Virus record (IMG/VR): IMGVR_UViG_3300030331_006276
Origin: a virus
DNA: 64,000 nt
Strand: one strand, 5' to 3'
Position 1 is the first letter of the stretch, and the number at the start of each line of letters is the position of its first letter. Below, in pieces: positions 9,929 to 20,400 of this stretch. The notes below the pieces were generated by a model. That model saw only the letters and a list, made by a program, of their open reading frames with translations, was not told the DNA's origin and did not search any database. A program made the translations under genes and the position numbers.

Positions 9929-10587
9929 ACTGTAATTTCTAGTTGGGCAGATTGATCTGTTCCAGCTTTAGAACCAAGTGTCGCTTTTATAGGACTACCA
10001 GTATCTTGTGTAGGAGTATATAACACTAGTACGATAGAATTTCCTGACGACCAACCTGCTCGATTTACTATTTCTTGAATAATTGTTTTAATATCTGGAG
10101 TATCAAATCTATTACCATTTGTGGTATCAAACACTGTTGATTTTGGTAAAGTCACTCTAGCTGTCGTTCTATTACTACCAAGAGTGCTAGCACTAGAAGG
10201 TACACCCGCATTATTTACGTCTCTGCCAGCTATTTCAAAATCTTTACTTGCTGAACCGGATGATGATTTTTTAATTGGTTTTAGTATAGCTGATTGAACT
10301 GTTGCTCCTTGATCAATAGCTACATTAGTAAATCTAAAGTAACCTACGAAATATTGAATTTCACCCTCATCGTCTTGCGCTCCTATATTTACACCACTGT
10401 TACTAGAATTACTAAGTGATCCATTGAATTGAACATTTGATGAAAAGGTAGAGTTACTTACTGTGGAGCCGTCATCAGTATTATTAGCAATAGTATAAGT
10501 AGTAGTAGTACCGCTTGAAGAAGGTTTATTAATGCCTAATGAATCAAAAGACAATTTACCATATCTTGGTATACTAGGAATTGACAT
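9925..10587 (-). CDS. Putative virion decoration protein with DNRLRE/CBM-like beta module
   Basis: YFRFTNVAIDQGATVQSAIL...TPDIKTIIQEIVNRAGWSSGNSIVL resembles a module of bacterial surface proteins. S/T-rich N-terminus. Confidence 0.45.
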   Translation of the reverse strand: MSIPSIPRYGKLSFDSLGINKPSSSGTTTTYTIANNTDDGSTVSNSTFSSNVQFNGSLSNSSNSGVNIGAQDDEGEIQYFVGYFRFTNVAIDQGATVQSAILKPIKKSSSGSASKDFEIAGRDVNNAGVPSSASTLGSNRTTARVTLPKSTVFDTTNGNRFDTPDIKTIIQEIVNRAGWSSGNSIVLVLYTPTQDTGSPIKATLGSKAGTDQSAQLEITV

Positions 10588-10967
10588 TATCTAGATGGGT
10601 TATTACTAAAGAATTGAGCTCTATAGTAAATTGGGCCAGTAGATGTTGCCGTTGCAGATACCTCGTTAACATTTGTTAAACCTCTAAAAGTAAAGGAATC
10701 ATTATCCTCTAATACAAAACCTCGCGAGGCTCCAGCTCCTTTAGGCGATGAACCTGCAAATGGTCCAAAATTTTGATCATAAACTGTTAAATCTCCACCC
10801 GTTCTATTTACTATAATAACTTCTGAGCAAGGCTGACCGACTCCGTGTCCCCCGGTATCGACGCTAGATAAGCATGTTAAGGAGCTAGTAACTAGCATGC
10901 TAAATGATCTGCATTGATTAATATTAAAAAATGTACTTCCCGCATTAGATGTTGGTGTTGTCGCCAT
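10587..10967 (-). CDS. Hypothetical (likely structural) protein
   Basis: 126 aa, beta-rich. TAAATA (10978-73, minus strand) 5 nt before the ATG. Confidence 0.5.
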   Translation of the reverse strand: MATTPTSNAGSTFFNINQCRSFSMLVTSSLTCLSSVDTGGHGVGQPCSEVIIVNRTGGDLTVYDQNFGPFAGSSPKGAGASRGFVLEDNDSFTFRGLTNVNEVSATATSTGPIYYRAQFFSNNPSR

Positions 10968-10997
10968 ATATTTATTTATGCCTGAATAAATAATTTT

Positions 10998-12245
10998 ATG
11001 GCACTTGCATGCAATATTAAACCGCTTTCTGCTTTTTTATCAACAAATTTAAATAGTAAAATTAAAACTTATGATAATTTAGGAGATCGAATAAAGAGGT
11101 CTTTAGGATTTCCATTAGTTAGTTTAGAGATACATACTGATCAACTTAGACAAAATATACAATTAGCTGTTGAATATTATACAAAATACGCAGGCTATAC
11201 TAGAGAGTTTTTAATATTTGATTCTAATATGTATGAAACTAATAAAGGTATAAGATTAGATTTTTTATATACGCTTGCAAATGAAAATCTTGATACAAAG
11301 CGACAAAAAACAGATGGTACAAATCCTTTAGGACCCGGTGCGGAGTTTTATGGCTCACAATCTCCAACTATATTAAGTGGTGGTAATCAAAGTACAGGAC
11401 CAGCTCCTGGCGCTGGAGGTAATTTTGCACGTACAAATGCTTCAGTATTTGTTGCAATGTCAACTTTAAGTGCTGGTGCATTTACTGACTCAGTTCAATT
11501 ATCTTCAACCTTTGCTTATACAACAGCTGGAAGAGGCCCGGGTATACAAGCATTTGAGGTTTTTGATCGATCATTATATCAAGATATAACTTCATATAGA
11601 CCAACATTATCGTCGTTTTTTAAAGCTACACCTAAGCAAACAATAACTTTTGAAGGTAAAGATACAGATGGTTATTATTATCAAAATGTATTTGATTATG
11701 ATGTAATGGAATACAGAAAAGTCGTCGATGTTATTGATTTTGAAGAAGGTTCAACAACTGGCATTAATACTTTATTTACATTAGAACAAACACTTGCACA
11801 ACAAACATACTTTAGCTATGCACTTGGTAATTATGGTTTTGATTTAGTATCATGGTATACGCTTAAAAACTGGATTGATACAAGAGAAAAATTATTAGCA
11901 ATACGTAGAGATGTTAAATTTGATCCTAGAACGCAATACATGCAAATGTATCCACAACCAGGTAGTGATAGATTTTATGGTATAATAGGTTGTTATCTTG
12001 AAAAACCTATACGAGATGTTATTATGGAGCAATGGGTCTATGAATATGCATTAGCCTTAAGTATGATAACTATAGGACGTGTTAGAGGAAAGTTTGGTAA
12101 CGTACAATTACTCGGTGGAGGAGCATTAAATTATGATATGCTTCAAGAAGGCATAGGAAGAAAAGCAGAATTGGAAGGTAAATTATTAGAAGGTGCTTCA
12201 CCAGGCTTCGGCGATACGGAACCTCCAATGTTTTTTGTAGGATGA
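10998..12245 (+). CDS. gp13: Neck protein (T4 gp13-like)
   Basis: IKRSLGFPLVSLEI...QNIQLAVEYY, WVYEYALAL...GRVRGKFGNVQLLGGGALN, PPMFFVG C-terminus. Confidence 0.75.
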   Translation: MALACNIKPLSAFLSTNLNSKIKTYDNLGDRIKRSLGFPLVSLEIHTDQLRQNIQLAVEYYTKYAGYTREFLIFDSNMYETNKGIRLDFLYTLANENLDTKRQKTDGTNPLGPGAEFYGSQSPTILSGGNQSTGPAPGAGGNFARTNASVFVAMSTLSAGAFTDSVQLSSTFAYTTAGRGPGIQAFEVFDRSLYQDITSYRPTLSSFFKATPKQTITFEGKDTDGYYYQNVFDYDVMEYRKVVDVIDFEEGSTTGINTLFTLEQTLAQQTYFSYALGNYGFDLVSWYTLKNWIDTREKLLAIRRDVKFDPRTQYMQMYPQPGSDRFYGIIGCYLEKPIRDVIMEQWVYEYALALSMITIGRVRGKFGNVQLLGGGALNYDMLQEGIGRKAELEGKLLEGASPGFGDTEPPMFFVG

Positions 12246-12682
12246 GAAAAAAATGGCGGCAGGGTATTTTTAAACCTAATAATCCAAAAAAATTTATTGG
12301 TTCTAAAGCTATATATAGATCGGGATTAGAGTTAAAATTTTTTAGATTTTGTGATACTAATCCTAATGTTATAAAATGGGGAAGTGAAAATGTTGTAGTT
12401 CCATATAGAAGTCCTTTAGATAATAAGGTACACAAATATTATGTTGATAATTTTGTTTCTATTAAGGAAAACAATAAAGTATCTAACTATTTAGTTGAAA
12501 TAAAACCATCAAAACAGACTAAACCTCCTCAAACAAAGTATAGAAAAAAAGAACATTTATTATATGAACAGAAAATGTTTTTAACAAATCAAGCAAAATG
12601 GAAAGCTGCACGTCAATATTGTAAAAAATGTGGATTTACCTTTATAATTATTACAGAAAAGGAGCTTTATCGTAAGGGGTGA
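12242..12682 (+). CDS. gp4: Head completion nuclease (T4 gp4-like)
   Basis: GIFKPNNPKKF...YRSGLE...WGSE...PY...KYYVDNF...VEIKP...NQAKWKAA...IITE. Confidence 0.88.
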   Translation: MRKKWRQGIFKPNNPKKFIGSKAIYRSGLELKFFRFCDTNPNVIKWGSENVVVPYRSPLDNKVHKYYVDNFVSIKENNKVSNYLVEIKPSKQTKPPQTKYRKKEHLLYEQKMFLTNQAKWKAARQYCKKCGFTFIIITEKELYRKG

Positions 12683-12694
12683 CTAAATAATATT

Positions 12695-13360
12695 ATGGCA
12701 TTAAAACTTAACCTAGTTGTTGAAAAACCTGATATGGATGACAACTTCGAATACATTGAAGAAGAAGTAGATAGAAACTCACCTTCAAATTTATTTATAA
12801 AAGGCCCTTATATGATGGCTGAAGGGGTTAATAGAAATAATAGACTGTATCCTTTAAAAGAATTAGAAAGAGAAGCTACACGGTATGTTGAAGAAATGGT
12901 AACACCAGGCCGTGCAATGGGAGAACTTAATCATCCAACTACTGCAGATGTTGACCTTGAAAGAGCATGTCATATAGTAACCGAATTAACACAAGATGGA
13001 AATATTTTTTATGGTAAATCAAAAGTATTAACAACACCTTGCGGTCAAATAGTTAGATCTTTAATTAATGATGGAGTTAAAGTTGGAATGTCTTCACGAG
13101 CTCTCGGTACGCTTGAAGAAAGCAGCAATCATAGCACAGTTAAGAATATGAAACTGGTAGCTATTGACTGTGTAGCAGATCCATCATATCCTAAAGCTTT
13201 TGTTAATGGTATTTTAGAGTCTAAACAATGGGTTGTTGTTGATGATAATAAGTACGAAGAAGTATATGAAAATTTTGAAAAGTCTCTAGAAAGATTACCT
13301 AAAAAGGATGTAGATACCTTTTTACGTGATAGAATTCTTAGCTTTATTAAATCAATCTAA
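12695..13360 (+). CDS. gp21: Prohead core protease
   Basis: NRNNRLYP, GELNHP, GMSSRALG, DCVADPS, AFVNGILE. Confidence 0.9.
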   Translation: MALKLNLVVEKPDMDDNFEYIEEEVDRNSPSNLFIKGPYMMAEGVNRNNRLYPLKELEREATRYVEEMVTPGRAMGELNHPTTADVDLERACHIVTELTQDGNIFYGKSKVLTTPCGQIVRSLINDGVKVGMSSRALGTLEESSNHSTVKNMKLVAIDCVADPSYPKAFVNGILESKQWVVVDDNKYEEVYENFEKSLERLPKKDVDTFLRDRILSFIKSI

Positions 13361-13371
13361 TAAATAATATT

Positions 13372-13518
13372 ATGGGCAAAGAAAAATTAAAGATTATTAA
13401 GGTCATTGAGCATATTTCTAAGAAAAATTATGCCCAAGCACATAAATATTTAAAGAGCGTTATCGAAGATAAAATTACAAAAAGAATTGATCGCGCAACA
13501 GAAAAACCACTCTTTTAA
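13372..13518 (+). CDS. Small prohead core protein (gp67/68-like), absent from the ORF track
   Basis: Hand translation MGKEKLKIIKVIEHISKKNYAQAHKYLKSVIEDKITKRIDRATEKPLF* (48 aa). TAAATA 13361-66 lies 5 nt before the ATG; fills the gp21-gp22 gap. Confidence 0.65.
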   Translation: MGKEKLKIIKVIEHISKKNYAQAHKYLKSVIEDKITKRIDRATEKPLF

Positions 13519-13520
13519 AC

Positions 13521-14372
13521 ATGAAGAAATCAGAAGCATTACCAGAACAGGCAGCAGAAGTTTTAACAGAAGATTCCGTTAAAGAAATAGAAACTGCTAT
13601 CGAAGAAAAAATTCAATTATCAGTTGAAGCTGCTTTAACAGATCAAGATGAGCTTTATGCAGAAAAACTTGAGGAGTTAGTAGATGCAATTGATAAGGAC
13701 CATACAGATAAGCTTAATAGAGTTGTTGAAGCAGTAGATCATAATAACGCAAACAAACTTATTACTGTTGTAAAGCGTTATGAAAATGAGCTTAATGGTA
13801 GAGCTAATAAGTTTAAATCAACTTTAGTTGAAAGTATATCAGATTATTTAGAAGAGTATATTGATGAAGCTATTCCTATTCAATCTATAGAAGAAGCAAC
13901 AAAGAACAGAACATCTCGCGAAGTTCTTGCTAACTTAAGAAAAGTACTTGCTGTTGATTCTTCTCTTATGTCTGAATCTGTTAAAGAAGCAGTTGTTGAC
14001 GGAAAAGCACAAATTGACCAACTGGCAGATCAAGTTAAAGAGCTTCAAAAAGAAAATAAACTTCTTAAAGAAGCATATACAAAGACAAAATCTGATTTAT
14101 TACTAGAAACAAAGACGTCTCATTTGACTGGTAAGAAAAAAGAATATATGTTACGTATTCTTAGCGATAAAACACCTAAGTTTATTGAAGAAAATTTTGA
14201 ATATACTGAAAGACTTTTTGATAAAAAAGAAAAAGAAAGACTTAGTGTTATCAAAGAAGAGGCATTTACGCAGCGTAAAGTTAAAGCTGATGCCCCACAG
14301 CCAAAAATTTCAGAGAAGAAACAAGAGCCTACTAACCCTTACTTACAAGAGTTAAAAAGGACTCACAAATAA
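13521..14372 (+). CDS. gp22: Prohead scaffold protein
   Basis: Acidic, helical 283 aa protein directly upstream of the capsid gene. LVESISDYL; PYLQEL-type C-terminus. Confidence 0.75.
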   Translation: MKKSEALPEQAAEVLTEDSVKEIETAIEEKIQLSVEAALTDQDELYAEKLEELVDAIDKDHTDKLNRVVEAVDHNNANKLITVVKRYENELNGRANKFKSTLVESISDYLEEYIDEAIPIQSIEEATKNRTSREVLANLRKVLAVDSSLMSESVKEAVVDGKAQIDQLADQVKELQKENKLLKEAYTKTKSDLLLETKTSHLTGKKKEYMLRILSDKTPKFIEENFEYTERLFDKKEKERLSVIKEEAFTQRKVKADAPQPKISEKKQEPTNPYLQELKRTHK

Positions 14373-14390
14373 TTTCAACCCTGAACAATG

Positions 14391-14454
14391 AGGTGCTTGT
14401 CACCTGAGTAACTTGAGCTAGTTAATACTAAGCTCATGAGGTAAAATGAAAGGA
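14391..14454 (+). promoter_or_regulatory. Structured 5' leader and Shine-Dalgarno of the major capsid gene
   Basis: Hairpins AGGTG/CACCT (14391-14405) and TGAGCTAGT/ACT-A-AGCTCA (14414-14436). AGGA at 14451-54, 8 nt before the ATG. Confidence 0.5.
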
Positions 14455-14462
14455 AACGTCTA

Positions 14463-16028
14463 ATGAATAAACCACAATCATTTATTGATAGAGATAGAGC
14501 AGATTCACTTCTTGAGAAGTGGGCTCCTGTTCTTGAATACTCTTCCGATAGTGTGGCACCTATTGAGGACGATCATACCCGTTTAAATACTGCTATTCTT
14601 CTTGAGAACCAAGAGAAATGGTGTATTGAAGAAGCAAACACTGCCGGTCACGGTGGTAGCTTCGGTAGCGGAGATTCCACCACGAACATCTTTAACCCAC
14701 CCGGTACTGTTGGATCGGCTGATAATTATGCTCCTGGTGATGCTCGCCTTCCAAAAGTGCTCATTCCAATGATTCGTCGTACGTTCCCCGAGCTCATCAC
14801 TAACGAGATCGTTGGTGTTCAGCCTATGTCTGGTCCTGTTGGACTTGCGTTCGCACTTCGCTATGCCTATCAGTCCGATACCCTTGGTAGCGGTGTTGAT
14901 GGTAAGGGTAGTGTATCTTCCTCTGGAAACTCGCAAGTTTATCGTCCTGATCGTAGTGCTACTACCGGTCCTGGTTTCGTACCTGGTGACCATCCTACCC
15001 TTAGTGGCGGCAATGGCCTCTACTCTGGTTCTGGAGGTCTTCCTGGGGACGAGCTTGGATACCAGTTGCTTGATACTCGCTTCACCGGTTCGTCTTCGAC
15101 TCGGTTGAGTGGTACTCCAAATGGTACCGACTGGCAGTTTAACTCCAAAGATACTGGTGTTGCTCAAATTCTTTCCGCTTTCGAGATTACTGGTAACATT
15201 CCTCAGGTTGAGGTTAAGTTCGAGAAGACCGCTGTTGAGGCAGGCACACGCCGCCTTGGTGCACGTTGGTCCGTTGAGCTTGAGCAAGACCTTAAGAACA
15301 TGAACGGTATTGATATTGATGCTGAAATCACAAACGCTATGTCGTATGAGATTCAGGCTGAGATCGACCGTGAAATGCTCATGAGAATGATCCAGGCAGC
15401 TCTCGGAGCTGGACTGAATAAGGGCTACTCCATCTGGTCTCCTGCTTCTGCAGATGGCCGTTGGATGGTTGAGCGTAACAGGGACTTCTATCAGCGTCTT
15501 ATCATTGAAGCTAACCGTATTGCTGTCCGTAACAGACGTGGAGCTGCTAACTTTATTGTAGCTACTCCTCGTGTTTGCGCTATCCTTGAGATGCTCCCTG
15601 AATTCCAGTGGGTACCTGTACAGGGTGATGTTAACACGCAGCCTGTAGGAATCGCAAAGGTTGGTTCAGTCGGTGGAAGATTCAACGTTTACCGTGATAC
15701 CAGAACTGAAGTTCAGAACTCTAGTTTTTATACTAATCCCAACGTGGCAGAGTATGACAACGAAGTGGCTGGCACTGCAAACGTAGAGTATGCACTGCTT
15801 GGTTACAAGGGTCCTGAGTTCTACGATACTGGTATCATTTATTGTCCTTACATTCCTGTCATGGTTCAGAGAACTATCGGTCCTAACGATTTCGCACCAC
15901 GCGTTGGCTTGCTTACTCGTTATGGTGTTGTTGATAACATCTTCGGAGCGGATCTCTACTACCATGTCGTGCTTTGTCAGGGTCTTGGTACAGCGTTTAC
16001 GCCTGCTTCGCAGTCGGTGTACTTCTAA
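14463..16028 (+). CDS. gp23: Major capsid protein
   Basis: LLEKWAPVL, LIPMIRRTFP, GVQPMSGPVGLAFALR, WSVELEQDLK, EIQAEIDRE, YCPYIP, LLTRYG. Strong C-ending codon bias. Confidence 0.97.
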   Translation: MNKPQSFIDRDRADSLLEKWAPVLEYSSDSVAPIEDDHTRLNTAILLENQEKWCIEEANTAGHGGSFGSGDSTTNIFNPPGTVGSADNYAPGDARLPKVLIPMIRRTFPELITNEIVGVQPMSGPVGLAFALRYAYQSDTLGSGVDGKGSVSSSGNSQVYRPDRSATTGPGFVPGDHPTLSGGNGLYSGSGGLPGDELGYQLLDTRFTGSSSTRLSGTPNGTDWQFNSKDTGVAQILSAFEITGNIPQVEVKFEKTAVEAGTRRLGARWSVELEQDLKNMNGIDIDAEITNAMSYEIQAEIDREMLMRMIQAALGAGLNKGYSIWSPASADGRWMVERNRDFYQRLIIEANRIAVRNRRGAANFIVATPRVCAILEMLPEFQWVPVQGDVNTQPVGIAKVGSVGGRFNVYRDTRTEVQNSSFYTNPNVAEYDNEVAGTANVEYALLGYKGPEFYDTGIIYCPYIPVMVQRTIGPNDFAPRVGLLTRYGVVDNIFGADLYYHVVLCQGLGTAFTPASQSVYF

Positions 16029-16070
16029 TAGTACGTCGCTGATTAAGCAGCAGTCTAGAGACAATCTGAG

Positions 16071-16103
16071 AAACGGTGGAACGAAAGTTCCACCGTTTTT
16101 TTT
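16071..16103 (+). terminator. Rho-independent terminator after gp23
   Basis: AAACGGTGGAAC-GAAA-GTTCCACCGTTT followed by a T tract. Confidence 0.9.
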
Positions 16104-16147
16104 GTTTAAGTTTACGTAAATTATAACACATTTCAATAAATATTAAT

Positions 16148-16837
16148 ATGGCAAACGACCCACCAATCATTTCGTATCCTAACGGTTTCTTCGCATCAAA
16201 TACTGATCCAGGTCAAGGTGCGCATATTATGAATTTTCCTATAACCGACCCACCTGGTTTGTTGAGTTTTGTCCCACCTGTACCTAATGCAGTTGGTGGA
16301 AATTTGGCAAGATCATCCGGTTTTGATACTTTATCATCTGGATCAAATCAAGCTGATACATCTAGTGCTTTGATTGGTGTTTTATCATCACCTGGTAAAG
16401 GTCAACATTGGGGATGCCAAAAAGTTGGAACTCCAGGATTATCTGCTTATGGTATTTTATGGAGAGTGCCAGGTAAAACATTAGAAAATAATATTGGTAA
16501 CTATGCTACACGTAGTGCTGCAGGTGTTACAAATGGCACAACTCGAGTTATTATTCTTAGTACGCCTAATAGAGCCGGCAATCATGCTGGTCATAGAAAT
16601 ACTACTATTATTACTAGCATTTCAGCTGCTATTGATCTTGCAGTTTTATATAGAAATGGTTCTTCAGCAACATATACTATTTCTGCTGATGCTTCTATGA
16701 AAAATAGTTCTGGGCATAGTACAGCAGCATTTTATAATTCACTAGCCGCGGGAGTTTCTGCTACTGGTGATGAATATAACGTCGATACTAATGTTGGTCC
16801 AAATATTCGCCGCTTAGTACAGTTAGGCTATCGTTAA
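16148..16837 (+). CDS. Hypothetical late (likely virion) protein
   Basis: 229 aa, G/S/A/N-rich. TAAATA 16137-42 lies 5 nt before the ATG. Confidence 0.55.
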   Translation: MANDPPIISYPNGFFASNTDPGQGAHIMNFPITDPPGLLSFVPPVPNAVGGNLARSSGFDTLSSGSNQADTSSALIGVLSSPGKGQHWGCQKVGTPGLSAYGILWRVPGKTLENNIGNYATRSAAGVTNGTTRVIILSTPNRAGNHAGHRNTTIITSISAAIDLAVLYRNGSSATYTISADASMKNSSGHSTAAFYNSLAAGVSATGDEYNVDTNVGPNIRRLVQLGYR

Positions 16838-17497
16838 TTGCTTTAGATAACGCCTAAAATTCTTTTTAATGCCAAGTAATGCTTTCAAACCACTTGGAAA
16901 GTGTCTTACATATGGATTATGTTTAGTTACTTTTTCGTAGTTTTGAATTATATTATAAGGAACTATACAACTTATATCTCTTATATTATGAGTATTTAAT
17001 TCGTACATTTTTTGACATACTCCTTGCTCCCAATCAGAATAATTCTGTTTAAACATCCACTCATCATAAGTCCAAAATTTTAAAAGCTCCTTTACATTAG
17101 GTGTATTTTTTACTATAAAAACTCCTGTATTTATTGCTGGGTAATTAGAATCAATTTCAAGTGGAAACCCTTTGCATGTACCATCCTCGCTAAAAATTAT
17201 CTGCTTATCTTTATACTCATTAATTAGATCTTCAATAGGCCCTCTGTCTATATAAAAATGAGCATCAGCATCTATCCAAATAATATAATCGTAGTTATCT
17301 AAATGCTCTATAACCATGGGTAACTTTTCCCAGGCTAAGTCTTTTCTATTATGTCTTCTTTTTGAAGAAAACTTAAAATCATAACCATATTTTTCACAAT
17401 ATGCTTTGTTTATAGCATAACTCAACTTACCATACTTTTTAGCAACTACGCTATCAAACCACATTACTATGCATATCTTATTCTTCTGGCCTATCAT
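16823..17497 (-). CDS. Glycosyltransferase, GT34 (GMA12/MNN10)-like
   Basis: AWEKLPMV, YIIWIDADAHF (DxD), INTGVFIVKN, WEQG. Likely start MIGQKN at 17497, since the track start lies deep inside the fibre gene. Confidence 0.7.
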   Translation of the reverse strand: MIGQKNKICIVMWFDSVVAKKYGKLSYAINKAYCEKYGYDFKFSSKRRHNRKDLAWEKLPMVIEHLDNYDYIIWIDADAHFYIDRGPIEDLINEYKDKQIIFSEDGTCKGFPLEIDSNYPAINTGVFIVKNTPNVKELLKFWTYDEWMFKQNYSDWEQGVCQKMYELNTHNIRDISCIVPYNIIQNYEKVTKHNPYVRHFPSGLKALLGIKKNFRRYLKQLTIA

Positions 17498-20400
17498 ATT
17501 CAACTCTAATACTTCCTTCACTATCAGTAAGAGGATTTTGTAACATATGTATATCATGTCTTTCACCCAATACCATCCATGAAACAGTAGCAGTTGAATC
17601 TGTAACACAACTTTCAACTGTTAATGTATTACCTGAAACCGAACCTTTAACTGGGTCCCAGTTAGTTTCATTAGTAGTAAATGTTCTAAAGCATCTATTT
17701 AAAGCAGTTAATGTACCATCTGTCATACCATATAAATTATCAATATCAACAGTAGCTTTACCAGCTGTTAATTGTACAACTCCGCTATAGATATTATCAG
17801 CTTGAGGCGACTCAACAAATGAGTGTGATAACCGCTTACTACCGGATAAAGCAGGTAATGGATGCGCAATATCAAAGCAACCTGAAGATTTAGATAATGT
17901 ACCACCTACATGAACACTACCGGTAGTAATTATAGAACCCTGACCAGAGCAGCAACCACATGAACCTACTGCTACTACATAACTACTACTACACGATTGT
18001 CCTCCGAAACCAGCTCCGCAGACAAATGCTGTACCAGTAGAAAAGCATCCGCAAACATCTAGATTATCAGCAAAAGTTCCATCACCGCCTCCGAGAGTTA
18101 AAACAGTTCCAGTTGAATCTTGAATCAGCAATGAACCTCTTTTGTTCCCCATAATTGAACAACCTAAAGTATTATTAATAAAAAATTGTTCAGCATCTGG
18201 ACTAGGAGCAGTATTATAGATACTAAAGGCTGAGCATCCGGCTTCTCCTGCTACTATCTTAACTTCAGGATTAGATTTTAACAAACAAATAGCTCCAGTT
18301 GAGTCTGTACTATCACAACCAACTTTTACATTATTATTAAATATAGCAGTACCGGCATCTGACATATCTAATGTTAATGCTGTTATAGTTGATGAATCAT
18401 CTACTCCTTTGAAGATAATATCTTTATTATTGGTTTCTGATTTTATTACAAAATTAGAAGTATCTCGTTTAAATCTTCCAAACGCTGTACCATCATCTTT
18501 AAGAATTACATCAGCACCTCCTGCATCAATATTAATATCTCCTCCAGCATCAATAGTTAACTCACCACTATCTGATATAGTTGAATTAGAAAGACTAATA
18601 TCACCACATACTAACATATCACCAGTACGACCAATGCAAAATACTCTTGCAAGCGTTAAATCACAACCTATAGCAGTACAGCTATTACTGCTATCAGCAC
18701 AAAATAATAAACTACTGCTAGATATTTCTAATGCAGTATGACCACCACTAAAGTTTCCATATGTAGATACATAGGCTGAACTACCAGCTTTACCCTCAGC
18801 GCCGAAGCCTATAACAAAATTACCTGATGAGTGTCGTGTTGATATAACTCCTAATCTATTTTCACCTGAATAATTGGCTGCTAGCACTCTACCTCCTGTA
18901 GTTGCAGTTGCACCTATAGTAAAATCTGCTCTAGAGTGAACTGTTTCAACGCTAGCGTTACCTATTGAAACTGTATTATCTCCACAACCACAAGCACAAT
19001 AACCTATTACAGTTTCATTACTTGGACCGGATCCACTTGCTCTAGTACATGCCCCTAAATAAGTTGCTTGATCAGGAGATGTAACAGTATTACTACCATT
19101 TATTTGTCTTGTTCCTGCAAAAAACCCTAAAGATACATTGCATACGCCATCAGTATTTTTTTCTAATGCATGTGTACCTACAACTGTATTTGCACCACCT
19201 GTAGAGTCATTAGCAGCATTTGTACCTATTGCTACATTTCCCCCGCTAGTTGTATTGCATATTAATGCATTATTACCTATAGCTACTGTACAAAAACCAC
19301 TATTTTTTAAACCAGCTTGTCTACCTATAGTAACTATACAACCCCCGTCAGTGTTGCACATACCGGAAAATTCTCCTATATTAACATTACCACTTCCTGA
19401 AGTAATACAACTACCTGCGTGATAACCTAATGCAGTATTTCCTTGCGTACTGCTGTTTTTTAATGCATTATTACCTACAGCTGTATTTTGGTGACCGGTA
19501 TTAGCGCATAAAGCTCCAGTACCTATAGCTACGTTATCACCACATGTAGTATTACTTTTACCAGCATCACAACCAACACTGATATTTCTAGCACCGGTGG
19601 TGTTGCATGCTGCAGCATTTTTACCTAAAGCTATATTATCACTTGCAGTTGTATTACCCATAAGAGCCTGAAACCCTAATGAAATATTATTGCAACCTTC
19701 AGTATTACACCGCATTGAATGAAATCCTAGTCCAATATTGCAGTTACCGCAAGTATTACAATATACAGCTCCACATCCTAGAGCAATATTATTAAGACCT
19801 GTTGTATTGAATAAGAAGGTATTCATTCCTAATGCAATATTACAACAACCTGTAGTATTATTTAGAGCAGTTCCGCAACCTATTGCAATATTGCCTCCAC
19901 CCTCAGTATTACAATTTAACGTGTTTATTCCTATAGCTATGTTTTCATTTCCTGTTGTATTTTTTAATAAAGGTTGTCTACCTATTCCAACGTTAAAGCA
20001 ACCTTCAGTATTTGAACACAGAGGAAAAGATCCAATAGCTACATTACAGCAACCACAAGTATTATCACACAAAGCTTCAAGACCTAATCCAACGTTAAAG
20101 CTACCAGTTGTATTATTATATAAAGCTACATAACCTGCAGCTACATTATTACTACCAGTAGTATTTAACACAAGGGCATGATTTAAAGCAACATTTTGAC
20201 AACCTGTAGTGCAACATAATGCTTGTCTACCTATAGCTACGTTATAACACGAAGTAGTGTTGCACATACCAGCTCTCTCACCTATAGCTACATTATATTG
20301 ACCAGATGTATTGCATTTCAGAGCTAAACAGCCTATTCCAATATTATTAGAACCTGTATTATTTGCTAGGGCATCCCTTCCCATTCCAATATTATTAGAA

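Noticed and set aside
14583-16136. Antisense and alternate-frame ORFs over gp23 (e.g. 14583-15287, 15666-16136)
   Set aside because: Shadows of the strongly codon-biased capsid gene; no motifs, promoters or start context.
17498-17617. N-terminal 40 aa of the track's GT34 ORF
   Set aside because: Lies inside the fibre gene in another frame; ATG 17497 gives a normal 20-nt overlap.
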